Positions 59,201 to 64,000 of a stretch of DNA of 64,000 nucleotides are shown here, in pieces (within the stretch, counting starts at the first letter, position 1; each line of letters begins with the position of its first letter). Source of the DNA: the human T2T-CHM13v2.0 reference genome, Homo sapiens; the NCBI RefSeq assembly GCF_009914755.1, contig NC_060936.1, one strand, 5' to 3'. The notes below the pieces were generated by a model. The model saw only the letters and a list, made by a program, of their open reading frames with translations. It searched no databases and was not told the DNA's origin. A program made the position numbers and the translations under genes.

Positions 59201-59924
59201 TTAAGCACTGTTTAAAGTTTATGTCCTGTTTTATATAAAGGAAAACAAGCTAGACGGTGGCTGTCCTATGAGTGACCAATTTACTGAGCCCCCAGTACAT
59301 ATGGGGCAGGTACAGTTATTAGACAACAGTGGATTCCATAGGGCCATGTGCAAAGTCTCCTTCTGGGCATCTCTGCTGGAGCCATAGAAATAGCAACATT
59401 CCATGGACATGCACAGAAAGGATACAGGGGGCGGCAAAAGGCCTCTCTTCACAGCAAGAAGGGAGGCTGCCTCTGCAAATTGCAAAAACAGAGCAACTGC
59501 CTTTAAAATAAACAAGTGATGATAAAAATAACATCTGGAGGAAAAAACATATTTCAAGATGAAAAATATAGGAGAGAGACTTTTCACAAGAAATGCTTTT
59601 ATAATACAGTCTAGAAGTAACCCCAGATTTCTTCTGAGATTACTACTGTGCTCTTCTTTATTTCTGCTTAAGACAAATGAAACAAACCACTAGGAACTAC
59701 CTATGAAAATATATCCTATTATTCAATAAACACTGAACTAACTGCTCTTTAATACAGGCTCTCCCAGAATTTTCTAGTAAACGCCCTAGCCCTTTACAAG
59801 TTGGTGTTCAACTTGTGAAGAGAAGACCATTGTAAAATAGATTTAAGCTAGTATGACATAATGGGGGAAAACTATAAGCAAGATTTCTAAGTTGCTTGTT
59901 GCCTCAAGTGAACAGTGGTTAGTG

Positions 59925-60105
59925 CAAGCTGGCATGCAGGGTAAATGGAAAGAATATTGGCCTAGAAGTCAGGAGTCTTGGGCTATAGGTCCAGCTCTGT
60001 CTTTGTGTGCTTTTAACTCTGGGCTAATCTCTTGGACTTCAATTTAATCATGTCAAATTGGACAAGATGACCTTAAAGATTCCTCTTGGCACTGAGATTC
60101 TATGT
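59925..60105 (+). mobile_element. MIR3-like fragment
   Basis: GGAAAGAATATTGGCCTAGAAGTCAGGAG..TTGGACAAGATGACCTTAAAGATTCC..ACTGAGATTCTATG. Confidence 0.6.
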
Positions 60106-60567
60106 TGATGACTGAATTTTCTGACCACATAAAATACAGACCAGGAAGGGGAAATTAAAATTCTGTGGAGATAAAACCCAGCAAAAGAAAGGCTATTTGA
60201 AATTCAATCACATCTGTACTTCTGGAAAACGCTTAAATAAAGGGGAGTTTGTATATTTAATACATTTCCCCCTTTGAAGTAAGGCAATTTGCTATCTAGC
60301 ACACAAAAAAAATCCCACTGATTAGAGACCCAAATGATTAGTTTTACATGTCAGCAGCATAGAATTACTCATATTAGCACACACAAACACAGAAAGGGAC
60401 TAAACATAACAAGAAGCAGAGAGCAAAATGGGGAGTGTGAGTTCACATCTCAAGGTCATGTGAGGCATTCTAGAGCTATGTGCACTCACACATGTGTAAC
60501 ATTCAAGTAACACCAAAGACAAGATTGGGGGAACATCTGGTAAAGCACTTTCAAGCAAAGAACATAC

Positions 60568-60678
60568 CAGGCAGCACTCAGAGAAGGATTTTTTAGGAAG
60601 TCGTGCAGGAGGAGGTGGACCCTGGTCCCACTCCCAGAATGCCATGGAGTTCTGACAGACCAAAAGTTCCCCGGAAGG
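60568..60678 (-). CDS. DENND5B: Candidate alternative (cassette) DENND5B exon, 111 nt, PSGELLVCQNSMAFWEWDQGPPPPARLPKKSFSECCL
   Basis: Long polypyrimidine tract ending ctcttag, CTG|gtatgt donor, 37 stop-free codons in a phase 0-0 intron. Confidence 0.6.
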
Positions 60679-61679
60679 CTAAGAGGATGGAGAAATGCCA
60701 ATGACAGGAAAGCAGAAAAGAAAAGGATAGGGAGAAAGAGACAAGCAGAACAAGCATGCATATGATAAAATCACAGCAAAAGAGAGGGAAGGGAAGAAAA
60801 TACAGTAGCCGGAAAAAAAAAAGCACTACACAGGTGATGCCTCAGTTCTTAATAAAATGTTTAAAATCATATATGTATGAACACAACAAAAACAAGAGAT
60901 GTTTGGGATGATGTTTTCTGCTTTATTTTTACAAATTTGATACTAGAAAACAGTTAACAAGTCTTCTGATTGCATTTCTCTTTTGATCATAAGAAACGAA
61001 ACAATCAGGCTGGGCATGGCAGCTCACACCTGTAATCCCAATACTTTGGGAGGCTGAGGCAGGAGCACTGCTTGAGCCCAGGAGTTCAAGACCTGGGCAA
61101 CATAGCAAGACACTATATATATATGCAGATTTCACACAGAAAAAAATCAAAACTTACTTGTTGTATAATTATGGTCTTATTTTCAAAGAGTACAAATAAA
61201 AGTGTAAGGATCTTAATTTAAAAATAGTTTTAAAACACTTTCAAAAATATAAAGTAGATTTAGAGATTCAAGAAAAAAAACTGGTGCCAGCAAGCCAAGA
61301 ACAAAGCATAGGCAAGTACATCACACTACTCCTTATAATTATGCTTGAAACTTAGAAATGTCTAGGCTTCTCATGCAGACAATTTTTCTCCTATAGGAGA
61401 CATAGTAACTAAAAATTTATCCTCAACTTGATCTTTACTTGATGTAATACACAGAAAGACTTGTTTTAGAGCCTTATTATAGATGTCTTGAAATTACAAA
61501 AATGGAAAAAAGGGTGTTTTCTGCTATATGTCCGTACAAAAGGATTAATATTTTAAACTATAACTAAACAGTTTTTTTTTTAAAGAACATTAAGAATCTA
61601 CACAATGACATCTGCTGGAAGGAATAAGCCTAGTTCATGGCGCTTGCTGTGAGGCACCCCAGGAAGGTAGACCACATAC

Positions 61680-61773
61680 CTCCCTCAAGTCGTTGTCCAG
61701 CCCAACATGCTCAGAATGCTGGCGAAGGCGTTCTTTCCTGCGCTGTGCAGTGGCACTCCGACTTACCCAGCGA
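61680..61773 (-). CDS. DENND5B: DENND5B coding exon (94 nt; RWVSRSATAQRRKERLRQHSEHVGLDNDLRE)
   Basis: tttcag acceptor (ct at 61774-75), GAG|gtatgt donor; phase 0 end joins the 54954 exon in frame; DENND5-family sequence. Confidence 0.9.
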
Positions 61774-62927
61774 CTGAAACAATCAAATTATTTAAAAATG
61801 TGTTCCTTATCTTTAAAATAGAAAGCATTAACCATTCAACACAAAAGACTGACACACACATTTTAAAATCAATTATTTAAAAAATATATAGCAGCTTTGT
61901 TAAAATATAATTAAAATACCATACTATGCACCCATTTAAAACATACAACCAAACGGTTTTTAGTATCTTTCCAGATATGTGCTGTCATCACCACAATCAG
62001 AATTTTTAAAAACTGAGGTCAAAAAGGCACAGTATCAATACACTTTAGATACTTACATACATAACAATAAGTCAAATCTTAACCGAGTTAGTCCTTGATT
62101 ATATTGACATATAATAGTAATGCCTTGACTTGCTCAAAGTAAATATTATGAATATTTTTTAATACAAAGAATATTCTCAAAACCCATAATTTAGAATTAC
62201 TTAATTCTAGCGTCCTAAAAGAATAGAAATGTATGAAGCTTCCAACCTTTTAAGGAAAGATTTCTATCCAACTTGACTAGTTGCAATGGCTTACACCTGT
62301 AATCCTAGCACTTTGGCCAGATCACTTGAGGCCAGGAGTTCGAGACCAGCCTAGGCAACATAGTGAGACTCTGTCTCTACAAAAAATTTAAAAAATTAGC
62401 CTCCTTAGCTACTTGGGAGGCTGAAGTGGGAAGATAATTTGAGCCCAGGAGTTTGGGGCCGCAGTGTGCCACGACTGCACTCCTGCATTCCAGCCTGGAT
62501 GACAGTGATATCCCATCTCAAGATAAATAGAAAGATTCAAACTCATAAGAGTGAGTCCTCATCTGTAAAGTCTAAGGGTTGTACTCAAAGACCACTGTGA
62601 TTCCTTTTTGCTCTAAAATTTCATGACTGTGTTTCTGAAGTGATAGCTTGTGTTTATCAGTTTTAGAAAATATTTATAATATAAACTCAGTATCAAAATA
62701 TGCAGGACAAATGAGTTTAAAATAAAACCTGAGCTCTTTTCCAAGGCCTATAAAACTCTTAAATATAAAGACCTCTGCTTCATTCTCTCTGATCTTATAT
62801 CACTTCTCCCCTAATTACTATGTTCCAGTATAGTAACCTCCATTCTGTTTCTAAATGATTGATAAAATCAGTGCTAGTTCTATAATAATCTTCTCTGCTA
62901 CTAAACTGCTGGTATCGAAACTGCCTT

Positions 62928-62969
62928 TCAGATGAGATCAGGTGCGTTCAAGGTGGTATGGCCGAAGAT
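62928..62969 (-). pseudogene. 3'-truncated 5S rRNA retro-fragment (nt ~1-42)
   Basis: Reverse complement reads ATCTTCGGCCATACCACCTTGAACGCACCTGATCTCATCTGA versus 5S GTCTACGGCCATACCACCCTGAACGCGCCCGATCTCGTCTGA. Confidence 0.9.
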
Positions 62970-64000
62970 GTAAGTTGCCTTCCAGCTCAAATACCTTTGT
63001 TTTTGGTTAATAATGATTCAACTCATGTGCCCTAGACCCAGACCTGCCCTGGATGATATGAGGGGCTTAAAAATATATAATGTTTCCCTTATTCAAAGGT
63101 CCTTTTGTCGCCAGCCTAGCTACCTACAGGCTCCAGCTTAGTGTGTAAGACTCAACCATCCAGCGATTATCCTTAATCACTCCTTTCTATCATCTTCATT
63201 CAGTGAAGAATTTGGAACCTGGCTCAGTTTTCTTTTCTTCCCTGCTATGGGAAGTACAAAGACTATATAGATAACTTTGTCTTAAAATTCTGGGGTCGTC
63301 TAACATGCAACTTCACCTCCACTCAGCTTTAGACGCAACCAGGACATCACACTAAATCAAATGGTCATCCAGAACTCCTCTCCAAATCCAATGGTCATCC
63401 AGAACTCCTCTACCTCAGAAATCCTGAACTCCACCATCTTAGCCACTGACCCCCATCTCCCATTACATTAGCTCTTCCATGCCTTGACTCTCACTTAAGA
63501 CCCCTGGTGCTTTCTCGTCTTTCTGTTATGAACATAAATTCTGCGGAAAGCCACCTAAACTACTCCCATTCTAGCACTCTCTCCTCTGTAATAATCCTCT
63601 ACTTCCCTCCTTACCTGCCCACCAGAGCCCCAAACCCCGGATGAAGACTATCCCCTCACTTCCCTATTCCCGTACCCACACAGACTAGTTCCCAATTTCT
63701 CTCACGACTACCCATGAATCACTTCACCTGCCTTTTATCAACTCTTCCCCATTCTCCTCAAAGACTACTGCAAACTCTTCACCCTCAGGTACCCTTGCCT
63801 CCTTCTTCCTGCCCTCTACTTAGACAATACACACACATAAACATCCTCATCTTTCTTCTAATCTCAAAGTATAAAATATATTAGCCAAGGCTCAAAACTG
63901 TGTCTTCCACTTGCATCCTTGACCAATTCTCCCGTCTTTTCAACCCGCTCCATTAGTCACCTCCTTTGCTGTATCGCCAATCTTTTTCTCAGTGGAATCT

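Noticed and set aside
59231-59500. Paralogue of the 111-nt exon created by the 56.4/60.2 kb duplication (mutually exclusive pair)
   Set aside because: No alignable similarity beyond TCCATGG, and spacing after removing Alus does not match

Overview
Primate, most likely human, Alu-dense genomic DNA containing the 3' half of DENND5B (DENN/RUN/PLAT/RUN Rab GEF family) on the minus strand. I traced 14 consecutive coding exons from 61773 down to the TAA at 16147-16149. All have GT-AG junctions with matching phases, and together they total 1813 nt (about 603 aa: RUN1, PLAT and RUN2). The last exon continues as a ~5.4 kb 3' UTR to an AATAAA at 10785-10790. Positions 1-10.7 kb are downstream intergenic repeats, and almost all ORFs in the supplied track are Alu read-through artefacts. 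The most interesting non-standard observations are: (1) an in-frame 111-nt cassette-exon candidate (60568-60678) with a 145-nt AG-exclusion zone and an upstream TGCATG; (2) a similarly built poison-exon candidate and a 24-nt microexon candidate at 52383-52572; (3) a U6 snRNA/HSPA8-3'UTR chimeric retrocopy with target-site duplications inside an Alu inside an MLT1 LTR; (4) a diverged ~115-bp intronic direct repeat with a covarying hairpin; (5) a tailless 5S rRNA retro-fragment and several recombination or repair scars. No prokaryote-type systems are present. Gene and repeat-family names come from recognition, not database searches, and repeat boundaries are approximate.
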